Assembly (NCBI RefSeq): GCF_001194135.2 | Contig: NC_068982.1 | Span: forward strand, 110,019,607-110,083,606 | DNA from: Octopus bimaculoides | Taxonomy: Eukaryota | DNA: 64,000 nucleotides | Reading direction: 5' to 3' | Shown: positions 1-13,228 of the stretch, piece after piece | How positions within the stretch are numbered: the stretch's first letter is position 1 | Layout of the letters: each line of letters starts with the position of its first letter | The notes under the pieces: model-generated | Told to the model about the DNA's origin: nothing | Database searches by the model: none | The model's input: the letters and a program-made list of their open reading frames with translations, nothing else | Program-made: the position numbers and the translations under genes

Positions 1-164
1 ACAGGACACAGTCGTGTGTCGATAAGCCAGCTGGAGGAGATGTCCTCCTGGGGCTAAAAGCAACAGTAACATCCACCCCTAGGGGTCAGCCACACTTAAG
101 TGGCAATATACTACACTATATATATATGTATATATATATATATGGGTGGGGGTTGTGTGTGTGT

Positions 165-315
165 GTATAATGAACAGTTTCCGTCTGGGAAATCTACTCA
201 CTGGGCTTTGCCCGGTCCGAGGCTATAATAGAACACACTTGCTCAAGGTGCCACGCAGTGAGACTGAATCTGGAAGCATGTTGTTGCGAAGCAAACTTCT
301 TACCACAAAGCCACA
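165..315 (-). mobile_element. tRNA-derived SINE fragment (family B, 5' half)
   Basis: Reverse complement reads GTGGCTTTGTGGTAAGAAGTTTGCTTCGCAAC...GATTCAGTCTCACTGCGTGGCACCTTGAGCAAGTGTGTTCTATTATAGCCTCGG. This matches the copies at 2801-3170 and 10545-10695. Confidence 0.75.
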
Positions 316-1089
316 ACATTCATGCATACATATACATATGTATGTATGTATGTATACATACATACATACATACATACATACATACATACATACATCACTG
401 TAATTGATGAGGGTTTCGGTAGCTTGCAATGCTGAGGACAAGTGAAAAGTAAAAGATATAGACAGGAACAAAGGCGATATCGGGAGACTCACAGACAAAC
501 AAAGAAAACGTAAGGGTGAGCAGATTTCAGGTAGCAATGATATCTGTCATTGGTCAGAAATGCTGAAACTTTAAAAAGAAGACGCGTTGAAGAGATTGAA
601 AAGATTATTGACTGCTTAATAATATTTAGTGAAGGATGACTACGAGCCAACTGTCAATGAATTTCCTAAAAGTACCTAGGACGTTCGATAAACCGAACTG
701 TCCAACATTTATAGTAATACCTGTCTGATCAAACATGAATACATTCGTCTGACAGAATGTAGTGGTCAAAAGAACATTTTATCATCTCAGTAATAAAAGA
801 CGTAGTTCAACTTCTTTTATATGTACAGAATAGTATGGGGAACAGAGACACTCAGGGAGTATCACTCGTGTTTATGAAATAACAATAACATTATTTAGGA
901 CTTGTTCTACCTAAACACAGGTAAGGATGTAGAACAGACAAGGAGTACTGAAATATTTTCAGTATAATGCCAAAATATGTATTGGTACATATTTGATCGA
1001 TACTTGAAGGATTAAAGACAATTGACAACTCTGTTCTTTGAATCGAGAGTGAAATAAAGTAAGGTATTTGATTCATTGTCTTACATTTC

Positions 1090-2065
1090 TGGCACGGCAC
1101 TGCTATATGCTGAGAATCATCTCCTTGAGTGAAATACTACAGAAGACAAAGTTGAGATATGATCTGGGAAGAGGTAAGTGAAAACTGAACAACTTGCTAT
1201 CATAGACGACTTGAAGTTGTTCGCAAAAAGTGAGGCAGAGCTAGACAGCCTAGTCCAGTCTGTGTGGATTTTCTCGAATGATATCAAGATGGCGTTTGGA
1301 CTCCAAAAATGTGCTATGATAGTGATGAGACGAGGAAAGTTTGTCAGGACAGAAGGAATATGGATGCCAAGTGGTGAAATGATGAAGGTAATTGAACCCG
1401 AATCCGGTTATAAATACTTGACAATACTTGAGACATATGGAATTAAACACAGCGATATGAAAGAAAAGACAAAGGAAGGACCTGCGACGAGTGAGAAAAT
1501 TATTGACTTCAAAGCTGAATGCCAGAAACATAATTTCGGCAATAAACTCCTCGCACGCAATTGCAGTGGTTCAGTATGGCGCTAGAATCCTGAAGTGGAC
1601 AGAGGAGTTAAATGAGTTGAACAGAAAGACAAGAAAGGTCCTAAAAATACACGGAGCCCATCAACCGCGCGCAGACACTTATCGCCTATACACGAAGACA
1701 GCAAGTAAAGGAAGGGGACTGATAAGTGTGAAAGACTGCGTACGTATCGAACTCTGGGGTTTAATGAGATACCTATCCCAAAGTAAGGAAACCTTGCTAG
1801 TGTCAGTTAGGAATGAAGGATTTTTGAAAGCAGAGAAAAAAAGGGAAAACAAAAAGGACATGAAGAAGCATAACGCAACAAGGGACTACACAATCAATTC
1901 CATGCAGACACAACAGAAGTTGCTGGAAAACATAGGCGGGATTCACTGAAGAAAGGAACACAGCAAAAAGACTGAGAGCACTATTATACTGGCAGTACAA
2001 GACCAAGCTTTGGCCACGATTTGGAAGGTCAACCTTAGGAATGAGCAAGTATCTCCGCTGTGCTG
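1090..2065 (+). pseudogene. Decayed RLE-type non-LTR retrotransposon (R4/Dong-like) RT C-terminal/thumb region
   Basis: Frameshifted peptides: DDLKLFAK...FGLQKCA...YKYL (end of RT); RKLLTSKLNARNIISAINS...QYGARILKWTEELNELNRKTRK...ADTYRLYTK...GRGLISV (thumb); and AVQDQALAT just before a (TAA)n tract. These are typical of RLE-clade LINEs. Confidence 0.9.
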
Positions 2066-2083
2066 CATTTTTATTATTGTACA

Positions 2084-2132
<49 letters not shown>

Positions 2133-2160
2133 CTGATAATAATAATAATAATAATAATAG
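2084..2160. repeat. (AAT)n microsatellite abutting the LINE fragment
   Basis: Direct reading. Confidence 0.95.
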
Positions 2161-2800
2161 TGATGATGATGTTAATGATGATGATGTCGAATAGCTGTTA
2201 TTCATTTTATTGTTTTCACATACCATCACATAAACAGCTACTAATGCACTACACCAGAAATAATACAATTCACCAAATGGATTTAATCATCATGATCACC
2301 ACTATATCAAAACCACTACTACCAAATCGCTGCTGCAGTTACTACTACTACAACTACTAATACTACAAACTATACCATGGCTGCTGCCACATTCCCACCA
2401 CTTCATCATATCACCACTGTACCCATCACATCTACATTATCGCAAATATAATCACCCCCAACCCAATAACCATCATTAACAACAAATCTATAATGACTTT
2501 TGATTTTCATAACCATTACTATCATCATTTCCAGCTGAAGTATCACCATCACAAACTTATTTGAATATTTAACTTCCTTCTACATCCATCATCGCTCCTC
2601 TCCTTTTCTGCTCTCCACCACCATTACTGATATTATCATTATCGCATTGTTGCGCCAATCCTTTATGAGCGTTCCTCCATATCAGCTCAGCTTCTTCCAT
2701 TATTTTCACCCTCATTTCCTGCCTACTCAATCTTTTACTATCAATAATAACATTGCCACAACATTGACCACTAAATTCTCAGGCATCACTTCAACAACAA

Positions 2801-3170
2801 GAATAGCTGTTTAGTAAGAAGTTTGCTTCCCAACCAAATTGTTCCAGCTTCAGTCCCACTGAATTGTACCTGCTAAAGCTCCTCAATGACCAAAGCCTCG
2901 TGAATGTATTTGTTAGACAGAAACTGAAAGAAGCCCGTTGCGTATATCCTTGTATTTGTTTGTCCCCTTCACTTGATAACCGGTATTGGTTTCGTTTTTT
3001 TAATTTTTTTATTTCCGTTCCTATAACTTAACGGTTCGGCAAAAGTGACTGAAAGGATAAGTACTAGACTTCAAAAAAAAAAAAAAACGCTGGGGTCGAT
3101 CCATTCGACTAGGAAAAAAAACCTTCAGGGTGGTGCTCAGCATAGCCAGTGACTGGAACTAGTAAAGTAT
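2801..3170 (+). mobile_element. tRNA-derived SINE (family B), near full length
   Basis: Head with ...GTTTGCTTCCCAACC...CTTCAGTCCCACTG (B-box-like), body ...AGACAGAAACTGAAAGAAGCCCG... and tail ...CGGTTCGGCAAAAG...GGGGTCGAT...GGTGGTGCTCAGCAT. Other copies in the window share these blocks. Confidence 0.8.
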
Positions 3171-3694
3171 AAAAAACATATATGAACAAATTCCATCAAC
3201 CCCACTCTCCATTTCCGATAATTCGATTCTATTCAATATCCCACAAACATGTTAGTACTATTTCTCAGTTGGAAGTTGGTCAGAAAACTAAATAACAAGC
3301 ATATCGTTTCGCTAGCTATCTAGACTAATTCCCTTGTAATATTTCTTATCTAACTTAATGTTAGATCATCGACTCGAATTTAGTAGCCTAGCTCATTCTG
3401 TGAATGTTTTGCTAGTTATTATGATAATTACAAGTATAGCTTGCGTTTAGTAATGTCAGAACGCCATAGCTTTATCGTTCGAAAAATATGTTATCAGAGA
3501 ATTAATGATGATGTTATATTTGCGTAATATATATAAATTTATGTACCTTTTTATTTCATATTGGCACACTGTGTTAACAATAGCTCTGTTGGTTACAGGT
3601 TTCTAACAAGCACTACATTTCATGACAGCAACAACAAAAAGCGAACGTTTAAAGAGCGCCGGTATTTCGCCGATATGTTTCTATGTATCTGTCA

Positions 3695-4140
3695 GATCCA
3701 GAAAGAGAGAAAAATCTCCTCGTCGAAACAAAACTCCGGAAGAAAACCAAAACTTTCAGATAGGGACCGTCGGACTCTAAGGAGAATTGTTAGAAAGGAT
3801 CACAAAAGTACAGCTCCCGAAATTACTGCAGAGCTTAACGACCACCTCGAGAACCCAGTTTCCACAATAACTGTTCGCCGGGAGCTGCACAAAGCCGGAT
3901 TTCACGGGAGGGTTGCAATCAGAAAACCACTACTTTCAAGCATTTAGAGTGGAGTAAAAAAAACCTACAGAATTGGTCCCTAGAGCAGTGGAAGAATGTT
4001 ATTTTCTCGGTCCAGTCATCCTTTACCTTATTTCCGACCACCGGCTGAGTATACGTGTGGAAACATCCAAAAGAAGCATTTGACCCAGACTGCTTTCTAC
4101 CAACTGTTAAAAATAGAGGAGGATCCGTGATGATCTGAGA
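3695..4140 (+). pseudogene. Tc1-like transposase fragment
   Basis: SGRKPKLSDRDRRTLRRIVRKDHKSTAPEITAEL...VSTITVRRELHKAGFHGRVAIRKPLL (HTH region). After a frameshift: QWKNVIFS.QSSFTLF...VYVWKH...LPTVKNRGGSVMI (degenerate FSDES, first catalytic D region). No TIRs seen. Confidence 0.9.
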
Positions 4141-6093
4141 ATGCTTTCGGAGGAGAGGGGTTAAAGCTAGTTCAAAAGCTTGTTGTTTGGATGTGGCAGC
4201 AGGAAAATATTCTAAACAATACACTTAGCTGGGCTTAAATGACCTGAGAAGAATCGGTCCACCATGACTTGGAGTGAGAAGTGTGGAGTGAAAACAGAAA
4301 CTCTAAACAAGCTTTTGTTACATTTATACAGAGTGGAGTTGGAATTTAAACATATAATGATTGTGCTAGCTTTGTCTGCAGTAATATTTCATACGGAGCC
4401 GATTGGATGAGTAGTTGTGGGCAAGAGAATTTAGAGAATTTATCAGTTATCTACCGCATCTAACAAATAACTCCCTAACACAAATATCTATTAACTCAAC
4501 GGAGACCTTTGTATAGATATCTTAGTCATGATCAATACTCTCCACCACCTAACCACTCCTTGTCTTTCATACTATCTCATCTTTACATGATTCCAAATTC
4601 CGATTTGGATTGGCACCGACTCATTCTTCATTGCCAACTCTTGAAAATACATCACTTTAATTCCATTAACGTTTGCTCCTCTTCCATTGGCTAGACAGCT
4701 CATTTGAACCGTTGCCAACTTCATCGATTAAGTATCGACTAACAGTTGCTTGCAAATATTTATATACACATGCATACATACATATGCACACATATACATA
4801 CATGCATACATACATGCATACATAATACATACATACAAACATGCATACATACATACATACATACATACATACATAATACATGTTTACGCATTTATACATA
4901 TATATATATACATCAAACTTCCCTTTCGTGTCACTGCAACCATGCTTAATATTATTTTGTTTTGAGCCTCTTTGATCCATTTGTTTATGTGTATAGTTCT
5001 TTCCATTTTAACGTTCTTTCCAAATTCCTGTCATCTATTTATATTTCGTCATAATTTGATTTTTAAGGATTATGATTTATTGTTATGATACTTAGAGTCT
5101 TCTTGGGTTTCTTTCTTTTATATTTCTTATTGTTATTGTTTTTACTTGTTTTTTTTTACCTTTTTTATAATTTATATCTTTTTTTCCCCTCTCTATGCTT
5201 TCTTGTTATGCTTCCTATTCGACCCTCTTTTGTGGGTTTTTTCTATATTTTATTTGTCTTTGTGTTTTTTTTTTTTTTGTTTTTTTTTTTCAAGTAGATA
5301 TTCTCTGTAAAGAGTTTTATGTGGACTTTGTTGAACAGAATCAGAATTCGTGACCAACGGCACACAACAAAATGAAAGATGCTGATCTAAAAACACATTT
5401 CCCTAGATAAAGCCTTACCTATACATATGTATACACATGAATATAAAATATAGGGTACAAAGATGACCAACTGAATAAAGTGTTACTTCGAAATCAGCAG
5501 CTTATGAAAGTATCTTCATCTAGACGAGTCGACGCAAGGCCTTTTGAGTGAAATTGGAAAGTTGTGCAGAGTTCCATTGAATATACTCTATTTGTAATTC
5601 AAAGTGCTAACTGTGTCACACACTATATCAAGCTTGATTTTGTCTTAATTGTATAAGTATAGTGAGAATATAACATACGAATGTATGTTTGTATCTATTA
5701 CGTTATGTTTGTCTCTGTTACGATATGTATGTTTTTACCTGTATCTTGGTTTATAATTTTATCTGTTTTAAATATTTTACAAACAAATAAGGTCAGTTAC
5801 ATAAAGAAAACAAAGCAAATAGTGTCCACAAGTAGCTCTGAGACAAGAGCTATGATTTAATTATGAACATAGCCATTCCAGACAATGTACCACTCATATT
5901 GTTCTATATTGTCGCGCCTGGCATATTCAGTACTTTATCTGTTCTCGTGCCTTATCACACACTAATTTTCTCACCAGCCTTGTCTCATACTTCTCATATT
6001 AGATTCAAATGATACTACTCTTTCTCCATTACTTCCCAACTGGACACCAAATACTAATTAGTCCCACTTTTCCCCTAAACATTTTAAAAGCCA

Positions 6094-6466
6094 TAATTAC
6101 CTCCGCCTTAGCGAAGGTGGAGGTGTTGTTTTCAGTCGCGTTTGTTTGTTTGTTTGTTTGTCCGTGGACAAGATATCTCAAGAACCGCTGGATGGATTCG
6201 TATGAAACTTTCAGGGATGTTTGGCATTGTGACTGGCACGAACTGATTAGATTTGGAAATCGATCTGGTACCGAACAAGGATTCTGGATTATTTTTACTG
6301 TAAATTTACCTAATTTTTGAGAGTGGTCGGGTTCATTGTTAGTATTCTCGTTAGTGACAACAGTCGAGTTTATTTCAGATATTCTCATTTTAAAAATCAT
6401 CCCTGGCTAATCGTTGAGAGGACGTTGGTGTTGCCTTGCCGGAAGTCTGCTCTCTCTGAGGGCACT
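6094..6466 (+). mobile_element. Non-autonomous Helentron-associated element (HINE/DINE-1-like)
   Basis: 5' hairpin ACCTCCGCCT-tagcga-AGGTGGAGGT (6099-6124), then (GTTT)n. A degenerate 3' subterminal inverted repeat GCCTTGCCGGAAGT (6433-6446) is followed by the stem-loop GCTCTCTCTGAGGGC. This is the established HINE architecture. Confidence 0.65.
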
Positions 6467-8974
6467 TGCTTGGATTTGTAACTACATTCATGATAATACC
6501 AAGCAATTCTTATAAAGCATTGTATACCGTCTTTGCTTGAATGAGTTACAGTTAAAACATCCACTGTATTTCCAGAGAGAATACGTCACAATATCTCACT
6601 GTNNNNNNNNNNNNNNNNNNNNNNNNNNNNNNNNNNNNNNNNNNNNNNNNNNNNNNNNNNNNNNNNNNNNNNNNNNNNNNNNNNNNNNNNNNNNNNNNNN
6701 NNNNNNNNNNNNNNNNNNNNNNNNNNNNNNNNNNNNNNNNNNNNNNNNNNNNNNNNNNNNNNNNNNNNNNNNNNNNNNNNNNNNNNNNNNNNNNNNNNNN
6801 NNNNNNNNNNNNNNNNNNNNNNNNNNNNNNNNNNNNNNNNNNNNNNNNNNNNNNNNNNNNNNNNNNNNNNNNNNNNNNNNNNNNNNNNNNNNNNNNNNNN
6901 NNNNNNNNNNNNNNNNNNNNNNNNNNNNNNNNNNNNNNNNNNNNNNNNNNNNNNNNNNNNNNNNNNNNNNNNNNNNNNNNNNNNNNNNNNNNNNNNNNNN
7001 NNNNNNNNNNNNNNNNNNNNNNNNNNNNNNNNNNNNNNNNNNNNNNNNNNNNNNNNNNNNNNNNNNNNNNNNNNNNNNNNNNNNNNNNNNNNNNNNNNNN
7101 NNNNNNNNNNNNNNNNNNNNNNNNNNNNNNNNNNNNNNNNNNNNNNNNNNNNNNNNNNNNNNNNNNNNNNNNNNNNNNNNNNNNNNNNNNNNNNNNNNNN
7201 NNNNNNNNNNNNNNNNNNNNNNNNNNNNNNNNNNNNNNNNNNNNNNNNNNNNNNNACCTCCAATTATTGGGTATTAATTGAAACGGCTGTAACAAGGGAA
7301 GCTGGCCAATTTGTCAAAAACAAATAATTATTGACTTCCTTATCTCCATTTTCTTTTCTTCTTTTAAATGTATATAAACTATTTGCCTGATATATACCTA
7401 TTGTTTTAAGGGAATTTCATTTCCCAAAAATACTAGGTATATGAACCAGTATTTCCTTGAATGCAGTCATCCCTTCACGAGGGTTATATATCTTCTAATT
7501 AAATACACACGCACACACACACACACACGCACACACACACACACACACACATACACACACACACCTGCTTATAGAGAATAAATCCTAAGTTCACGACATA
7601 TATTGCAAGACATGTAATTTTTTTTTATCAAAACATTGTAAACTAGGTAACTCTAACTGATTTGGTTACTGATTCATAGATGAGCTGATAGCAATAGAGA
7701 ATTCATGGTTGGGATTCATAAAGTTTTCATATAGGTTCGTGTTGCACTGGAAGAATATTTTTCTTGACTTAGCCATAACCTTAAGTAGTATTAGCCTGTT
7801 CACAGTTTTCTAGCTATCAGAAGTTGAAACTGAACATCAAAGGTATCGATCATGCAAAAAAATACGCATCCAGATTGATGCTCAAATGGCAATGGAAATT
7901 CAGAGAAAGTACATCAGAACTTAGATTCAATAAACGATTGACAGCCGGTCAAATTATCATTATAATGCAACCCCTGCGTGAAAAGTAGAATTATATCTGT
8001 ATTGCTTTAGATATAAGAAACCGGAACTGACAAGTTGAGAAAAAAAGTAGTTATATATAAAAAATAAATACATGCTTGCTGAAAAGGCAAAACAGTAACT
8101 AGAACATCAACTCAACAGGAACACAACAAAATATGGCCATGGAGTTTCTATGTTTACGTTTAACCACTTCCGGTTGCAGACGCGTTAGTGACTGGGCTAC
8201 GAACCATTTCCCATAACGATTATATAAGTGTTCAATGAAGCATTTCAGTAACCAGATTTACTGCTCGGTCATTCCTTTATAGGAACAGGAAACATTATCA
8301 ATGGTTAAAAACAAATGAAAAAAAAGATGAAGATAAAATAACATTATTAACTATTATGATTTCTTGAATAGGAATGGAGCTCCAGTGATATAGATGTGTA
8401 AATTTGTGATGTAATTCATTTTCCAAGGACATGATGGATATAATTGTAGGGAAGCCGTTTCAGCTTGGAATTATTATTGGATCGACAAATCGATTCGCTA
8501 CAAACTTACCAGTTCTTACCACAAAAATAAAGTACCAACATCAATACTAAATGAAACACACGCACAGCCTGTAACTTACTGTAGAAAATTACACAAGGAA
8601 TATATAATCTAAAGTACATATAAGACGTCATCAGATTGCTTCTTAATTAACACAATGTGTTGAAATTAAAGAACAATGATATTATGTGATGTATCTGCCA
8701 TTCCTCAAAGCAAAGGAGATACATTTGAAGTGGAAACCTCCAGTCATTAATCAAAATTAAGTCCAGGATCTGAGTTTATCGAGAAATTTCATGACAACTT
8801 ACTACTTTACACTCCATAGAATATTAGTTCCAAACGACTTGACAAGACAAATTATCAAAATTAATGTCTAACTTCCCATGCACCTAACTATAGTATTGAG
8901 TGCGGAACAAAGTATATTTATAGACATTGTTATATTTAGAGGCATTTAATTATGCACACCTGCATGTCCCTATA

Positions 8975-9016
<42 letters not shown>

Positions 9017-9124
9017 CGTGTGTGTGCGTGTATGTGTGTACATCGATAGCTAGATAGATAATACATACATACATATGTATATCGATAGATAAATACATAA
9101 ATACATACATACATACATACATAC

Positions 9125-9378
9125 AGCCCCAAAACAGCTGGGTTTTCTTACCTCAGAGAAGACCTGGATGGAAAGCACTCAGCATACAAGAAAAAAGACT
9201 ATGCATGAGTATGTTGCCCGGAAGCTAGAAGAAGACAGGAGAATTGACACGAAGCGCAGCCTCTTCTTGGACACAAGACCACTACAACACATCACACTTT
9301 GAAGGCTATGCGTTTGCAATCCAGGAACAGGAGATTGCCACAAAGTACCTGGTGAACAAGAGAGACAGTGATGCTCTT
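9125..9378 (+). pseudogene. RLE-type LINE fragment (region before the CCHC knuckle)
   Basis: APKQLGF...KTMHEYVARKLEEDRRIDTKRSL/WTQDHYNTSHFEGYAFAIQEQEIATKYLVNKR. Homologous to 54110-54790. Confidence 0.85.
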
Positions 9379-9860
9379 CTAATCCCAAGGTGCAACCGCG
9401 TGTGTAGGTTACGTCATGTTTTTGCCAACTTCTGTCATGTTTCTGCCAACTCTGTAATACTGAACTATTTTCTATTCTTTTTTCTAAGAAGCCCCTTGTA
9501 AACACGGTTATAGAGCGTGCTTATCGATGTAAACATTGGCAGAAACATACCTTTAGTTCACATAAGTGATATCTACCATTATATATAATTTGAACATTGA
9601 TTTTCTTCTTACATTTCACTTCCACTAGATATATCTTTTTCCAAGCCTTCCAGCTTTTATTTAATTCACATATCGCTCTATATTTCTCACTTATTAATTT
9701 TCTGCTTATTTCTTTCCTTTACTCCTACTCTTTCTATAGGCTACCTTTGACGTTATATCCTCTAACGCTTTAAAAAAAAAACTTAATAGCGTTCCGTTCA
9801 TCATTGTACACATCCATCACATTCTGTTAAAATATCTTATTGGTGAGTTTGGTTTCTTTC

Positions 9861-9952
9861 TTTCTTTCTCTGATGAGATTATATTGTTTTACCCCATTTT
9901 ATTCCTTTGGAATCATACCAATGTTGACTTCGAAACATATGTCGGAAAAGAA
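9861..9952 (+). ncRNA. Type I hammerhead ribozyme motif
   Basis: Core CTGATGA 9870-9876; G9877-C9931 (10.1/11.1); GAAA 9932-9935; palindromic stem III ACATATGT; GUC with C17 at 9943. Stem I TTTCTTTCT/GGAAAAGAA pairs 8 of 9, including two G-U. Stem II is long and partly decayed. Confidence 0.6.
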
Positions 9953-10544
9953 TTTGAATAACACCTGCGCTTAACTCCATTTATCTATCTATTTACATAT
10001 ANNNNNNNNNNNNNNNNNNNNNNNNNNNNNNNNNNNNNNNNNNNNNNNNNNNNNNNNNNNNNNNNNNNNNNNNNNNNNNNNNNNNNNNNNNNNNNNNNNN
10101 NNNNNNNNNNNNNNNNNNNNNNNNNNNNNNNNNNNNNNNNNNNNNNNNNNNNNNNNNNNNNNNNNNNNNNNNNNNNNNNNNNNNNNNNNNNNNNNNNNNN
10201 NNNNNNNNNNNNNNNNNNNNNNNNNNNNNNNNNNNNNNNNNNNNNNNNNNNNNNNNNNNNNNNNNNNNNNNNNNNNNNNNNNNNNNNNNNNNNNNNNNNN
10301 NNNNNNNNNNNNNNNNNNNNNNNNNNNNNNNNNNNNNNNNNNNNNNNNNNNNNNNNNNNNNNNNNNNNNNNNNNNNNNNNNNNNNNNNNNNNNNNNNNNN
10401 NNNNNNNNNNNNNNNNNNNNNNNNNNNNNNNNNNNNNNNNNNNNNNNNNNNNNNNNNNNNNNNNNNNNNNNNNNNNNNNNNNNNNNNNNNNNNNNNNNNN
10501 NNNNNNNNNNNNNNNNNNNNTGTGTGTGTGTGTGTGTATGTATA

Positions 10545-10695
10545 TACGACGGGCTTCTTTCAGTTTTCGTCTACCAAATCTATTCATAAGGCTTTGGTAG
10601 GCCCAAGGCTATAGTAGAAGACACTTGCCCAAGGAGCCACGCAGTGGGGCTGAACCCAGATACATGTGGTCGGGAAGCAAGCTTCTTACTACACA
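10545..10695 (-). mobile_element. tRNA-derived SINE fragment (family B)
   Basis: Reverse complement of the head/body seen at 2801-2940. Confidence 0.8.
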
Positions 10696-10961
10696 CCCTT
10701 TCCTCTGTGTGTGTGTGTGTGTGTGTGCTTATCTACATGCGTGCTTGCGGACGCATTTGTAAGTAGAGACATATAGAGAAATATGGAACATTTTCTATGT
10801 TGCTGTGTTAGTGGGTCTCTATCTAGCTATAAGTATGTTGTAGCACTTAATACCATTTTCACTATGTTAACGGCTCGCTACATCTTTCTTTTAATCCATT
10901 AAATAATATATTAGAACATGTTGATCGACATTCATAGTTCTTTCTCCACTTTCTAAAGTCT

Positions 10962-11064
<103 letters not shown>

Positions 11065-11391
11065 ACACACACATACACACACACTGACACTCTCTCACAC
11101 AGACACACACACTCACACACAAACACATTGTCACGAATTCACTTCTTTCTCTATCTCTAACATTTCCTTCGCTCCCTCTACGTTCTTTCTCTCTCCCTCT
11201 CTATCTCTCTCTATCACTCTACCGCTTCCTCCCTCTCTGCATATGTATATGTGTGTGTGCATACGTACATATACCTGCATGTACACATATACATATATAT
11301 ATATATTTATATATATTTATATATGATTGTACATAATGAGCTGTACTTATGTGTGTAATCATGTTATATACATGTATATGTATTTACGTAT

Positions 11392-11432
<41 letters not shown>

Positions 11433-11476
11433 CAAATATGCGCACATACGCACAAAATCACATAGACACATGTAAT

Positions 11477-11537
<61 letters not shown>

Positions 11538-12217
11538 TGCATGTATGTATATATACATATATATAATATATAATACATGCATGCATACATACAAATATAT
11601 ATACATACATGCATACATACAAACATAGATATGTATGCATATATACATATCTATGTTTGTATGTATGCATGTATGTATATATATTACAAATGGTTTATAT
11701 TATATAGGGTACATGTATGCATTTGAGTATGTGTTGGAGTATGATCTTGTGCAGCTATTGTCGGCGATGATAAAAGAGGTTTCGAGAAAAGTAGCAGAAA
11801 GTGAAAGAAATGCGAGGGCGTAGACAACCGAAAGACTATAAGAGTCTCCTAGTGGGAAGAAAAGAAAAAATAATGATAATGGCTGGAAATGATGTTTCTT
11901 TCATAAGAGATGATGCTGAAGAGATGCTTGTTTTAAGTATAGAATAATCTAGCTGGGACACAGCTGCTGTGAATAGGTAAATATGTAGGTAGATAGATAA
12001 AAGGGTAAGTAGGTAGGCTGGATGTTTGGATGTTTGGATGCTTCGTTGGTTGGTTGGTTGGTTGGTTGGTTGGTTGGTTGGTTTATGGGTTGGTTGGTTA
12101 GTTGGTTGTTTGATACCTAAGTAGATATTTGATATAGGCTGGTAGTCTGATTGTCTGGCAGAGAGCTATATGTGCTTATATATTTGTTTGTATGTATTTA
12201 TACATATAGATGAGTAG

Positions 12218-12602
12218 TGGAGGCGCAATGGCCCACTGGTTAGAGCAGCGGACTCGCGGTCATAGGATCGCGGTTTCGATTCCCAGACCGGGCGTTGTGA
12301 GTGCTTATTGAGCAAAAACACCTAAAGCTCCATGAGGCTCCAGCAGGCGATGGTGGCGAACCCTGCTGTACTCTTCTGCCACAACTTTCTCTCACTCTTA
12401 CTTCCTGTTTCTGTTGTGCCTGTAATTCAAGGGGTCAGCCTTGTCACACTGTGTCACGCTGAATATCCCCGAGAACTACGTTAAGGGTACACGTGTCTGT
12501 GGAGTGCTCAGCCACTTGCACGTTAATTTCACGAGCAGGCTGTTCCGTTGATCGGATCAACTGGAACCCTCAACGTCGTAAGCGACGGAGTGCCAACAAC
12601 AA
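12218..12602 (+). mobile_element. tRNA-derived SINE (family A), full length
   Basis: tRNA-like head GGCGCAATGGCCCACTGGTTAGAGCAGCGGACTCGCGG...GGTTTCGATTCCC with A and B boxes. The 3' end has a CGTCGTAAGCGACG stem-loop and a (CAA)n tail. Nearly identical to 53605-53987 and 55980-56281. Confidence 0.9.
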
Positions 12603-12982
12603 TATAGATGAGTGTGTGTGAGCGTATGTACACATACATACATACATACACACATACACTTACATACATACGCACTCAAATGTGCACACACACACGTATA
12701 TATACAAATTTATATATATATTAAAATATATACATGTTATCATTGTTGTTGTTATTATTGTTGTTATCATTGNNNNNNNNNNNNNNNNNNNNNNNNNNNN
12801 NNNNNNNNNNNNNNNNNNNNNNNNNNNNNNNNNNNNNNNNNNNNNNNNNNNNNNNNNNNNNNNNNNNNNNNNNNNNNNNNNNNNNNNNNNNNNNNNNNNN
12901 NNNNNNNNNNNNNNNNNNNNNNNNNNNNNNNNNNNNNNNNNNNNNNNNNNNNNNNNNNNNNNNNNNNNNNNNNNNNNNNNNN

Positions 12983-13228
12983 AAAAAACGCCCTTTTGAA
13001 GTGTCGTCTTCCCTTCTTTTACGTAACAAGAACGACCCGTTTCTCTACCGGATTGTGACTTGCGATGAAAAGTGGATTCTTTACGACAACCGGCGACGCT
13101 CAGCTTAGTGGCTGGAGGTCTGCGGCCGGTCTCATCCATCACAGCTTTTTGAATCGAGGAGAAACTATTATGGCGGAGAAGTACAGTCAGCAAATGGATG
13201 AAATGCATAAGAAACTCCGACAACAATA
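12983..13228 (+). pseudogene. Mariner transposase fragment
   Basis: LLLRNKNDPFLYRIVTCDEKWILYDNRRRSA*W: the TCDEKW motif carries the first catalytic Asp. The 5' side is hidden by a gap. Confidence 0.85.

Noticed and set aside
1-70. Possible 3' half of an HDV-like ribozyme (hairpin GGAGGA-gatg-TCCTCC followed by GGCTAA)
   Set aside because: P1/P2 partners are not visible within the window and the putative L3 is non-consensus, so it cannot be supported without upstream sequence.
12219-12290. tRNA gene
   Set aside because: The tRNA-like head is part of a repeated SINE with three copies; no proper acceptor stem or T-run terminator follows.
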